Below, in pieces: positions 61,860-64,000 of a stretch of DNA of 64,000 nt (position 1 is the first letter of the stretch; every line of letters begins with the position of its first letter). Origin of the DNA: Anthoceros angustus (lineage: Eukaryota > Plantae > Anthocerotophyta). Both the position numbers and the translations under genes were made by a program. The stretch spans positions 514,248-578,247 of the forward strand of contig MU008199.1 in the NCBI GenBank assembly GCA_010909165.1, given 5' to 3'. The notes beneath the pieces are model-generated. The model had not been told where the DNA came from, ran no database searches, and was given only the letters and a program-made list of their open reading frames with translations.

Positions 61860-62060
61860 TTAAGCAAGCAGGCAAGGGACTCAAGTGTGCCCAAGGCTTG
61901 AGGCCCAGAGAGGGGACCAAGCCCAAGGCTGGGAGAGGAGGCAAAGCCCAAGTCCAAGGCCAAGGAGAGGAGGCGGAAGCCCAAGTCCAAGGCCAAGAGG
62001 AGGCCAAGAGCCCAAGTCCAAGGCCAAGGAGAGGAGGCAAGAAGCCCATACCAAGGAGAG
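61860..62060. repeat. Inverted copy of the 35-bp-array arm (right arm)
   Basis: 'ttaagcaagcaggcaaggga..agtgtgcccaaggcttgaggcccagagaggggaccaagcccaagg' plus 'gcccaagtccaaggccaaggagaggagg' repeats are the reverse complement of 55474-55690 and 56946-57090. Confidence 0.9.
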
Positions 62061-62599
62061 GAATGAGGCTCCAAGGGTGGCCTTTAAGGCCAACCAACCA
62101 AGGGAGAAACAAGAGTATTTTACTCTTGGGCCCAGTTCAAGGGATAAGGGAAGGATAGACATGGGTATGTCATCAGTCCATTTGATTTCACTTTCGTCCA
62201 AAACTCCTAGTAGGCACCCCATCCAGGTACGATCCAACTGAGTTCTTAGTTCCTTTGCTATCCAACTCACCCAGCTCACTTTTGACAAAATAGCCTGCAG
62301 AGTATTTTATGCAATTTTAACATGCATAGATACTTAGAGGTTTCACTAATCACGATCTAAGATAGCGGGTGTGTTAACCTTGATTAAGGGTTTGATCTAG
62401 CCACTGCCGGAGTGCATGCCCGACACACTGATCCGGACGGAGCTACCAAGCAAGTCCATCAGAATTCAAGTCCCGACCAAGAGAGAAGTGCTAACACCTC
62501 GATTTTGGTAAGGACGCGGAGGAACCCGTGACACAATCAACAATCTTTGAAGGATCCGTGAGTGGCAACACACAAGACACGTGGTGCCGGACAACTCAA

Positions 62600-64000
62600 G
62601 CGAAATGAGGAGGACTTGTCTCTTGGAGTCGTCAAGATGGGAGGAGACAAGGATCGAATGGAGTTGTTCACAGGACGAGCGGCACCTTGCCACCGGAGGA
62701 CTTCATCGAGAAGCATGGTGCGGAGATGGAATTGAAGACCGGATACACGAAGCGATACGGCTTCATCCAAATGCCAAGTACTTGGGGATGAAGCATTGGC
62801 TATCGCGAGCACAAGGCGAGTTGTTGAGGCATCCGGAGGACCAGTGAGTAGCAAGTTCGAGGAACCAAGGCAGACGGAGCAGGCACCGAGTGGCACGATC
62901 CCATCAAGAGATGTTTGACATCTTCCCCGGAGTTTCGCAAGCACGGATGAGAAGATCTCCGAGACACACTTCAAGATGAAGTCGAGATGCGAAGATGGCT
63001 TATCAAGAATCGACCAGCTTGGTACGTGACACCAAGATCATGAGTGACCGACTGCAGAGAAGTACTTGGTGCATTGCCATATGCACGCATGAAGGTGCAA
63101 CAAGCGGTGCACAGACGGGGGCAACACTACACCCTCAAGGAAGTGTAGATGGTCGACAAGATAGGGCCCCTGACACTTTCTCTCGTGTTGTTGCAAGTGA
63201 TTACTCCAAAGACAAGTAGGAGTGGTGGACATGACATGACGCGAGAGGAGTGGAGGAGCTCGGCGAGACAAGCCAGCCCACCCCAAGTGACGAGCCCCGT
63301 GAGGTGCCGGGAGGGACCATTCCCCTCATGAGTGCGAGCTGGAGGAGTCAAGGGTGAGGAGCCATGCCCTAGGTGGGAGGTACGGCACAATGAAGCGGCA
63401 TGTTGGGAGAAGAATTGCGGCTACGGGTTATCGAAAGCAGAACCAATGCATCGCCAACCTCATCCACAAAATCAAGAGCAAAGGCGCCGTGGAGGAGGCA
63501 CTCAAGTCCGTGGACAAAAGAAACGGAAGCATCAAAGAAGACGATGGACAGCACGCACGCCTTGCAAAGCTGGAGAAGGTGAAGGCGAAGATCAAGGAGA
63601 GCAGCATCATCGAGGACGAAGAAGATGAGCACAAGCTTGATACATGCATGAGATCCAAGGGCAGGGAAGAAACCTCTGGCAGCTACGAGAGAAGATAGCT
63701 CAGAGGAAGAAGAGGACGTCTTGACACCTGCAGTGCGGAAGACACGGAAGGAAGCTTCGGATCCTCTTCCGAACCTATGCCAAGATGCCAAAGTCGTTTG
63801 AGCCATTGCCAGAGCAACTGTGGAGCAACATCAAAGTCCAGTGGGCGATGTGGAGAAACCCATGCAGATTGACGAGACGATGGCACAAAAGCTCGGAGAT
63901 GCCATGTTTCCCTACAAGACATGGGGTTGAGCGTGAAGGAAGTCAGGGTTTGACTCCGGATGTTGACAACCCTTGAAGACGAAGCAAGTGAAGATGTGCC
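62600..64000 (+). other. Degenerate coding-like TE sequence (possibly gag-like), unassigned
   Basis: Purine-rich, helical-looking ORF pieces (e.g. 63354-63698) with no diagnostic motif recognised. Confidence 0.25.

Noticed and set aside
55474-62060. Autonomous DIRS element
   Set aside because: No RT, RNase H or tyrosine recombinase motifs lie between the arms, and the internal arm copy is direct rather than an internal complementary region.
62582-62589. TGGTGCCG as a tRNA primer-binding site
   Set aside because: Only 8 nt match a tRNA 3' end and no clear LTR boundary supports it.
1-64000. rRNA, tRNA or other structured ncRNA genes
   Set aside because: No conserved rRNA segments or tRNA cloverleaf/box A-B patterns were recognised by eye; a covariance-model scan was not possible.

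Overview
Eukaryotic, land-plant-type nuclear DNA: spliceosomal introns, plant-type genes and TTTAGGG-like motifs. The TE spectrum suggests a bryophyte-grade plant, but that is inference. The window is a dense transposon nest around two host genes: an intact 5-exon pectate lyase (34862-36682, +) and a ~24-exon FAD-oxidoreductase/cyclopropane fatty acid synthase fusion gene (45105-49806, +), whose frameshifts look largely like long-read homopolymer errors. Three TE structures can be read directly. A complete Copia element (23464-30091; TG..CA LTRs, PBS, PPT, CAATA TSD) is inserted in the RNase H of another Copia. A complete 6.3-kb PIF/Harbinger-superfamily element (37816-44096) has perfect 16-bp TIRs and an ATT TSD. 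A Ty3/gypsy pol fragment has an integrase ending in a PHD finger and a 3' terminus with a B-A-B split-repeat layout. Also present are fragments of a CRE/RLE-type non-LTR element headed by a 63-bp telomere-like higher-order repeat, an ORF1-only LINE derivative with a (TTC)10 tail, two Sola-like transposase relics, and an unclassified ORF flanked by inverted arms made of 35-bp repeats (55.5-62.1 kb). A short high-GC3 bacterial-type clpP fragment lies beside the single N (16623). Much of the sequence appears unpolished, so most ORF-track ORFs are fragments or noise and many coordinates are approximate. No rRNA, tRNA or CRISPR array was found.
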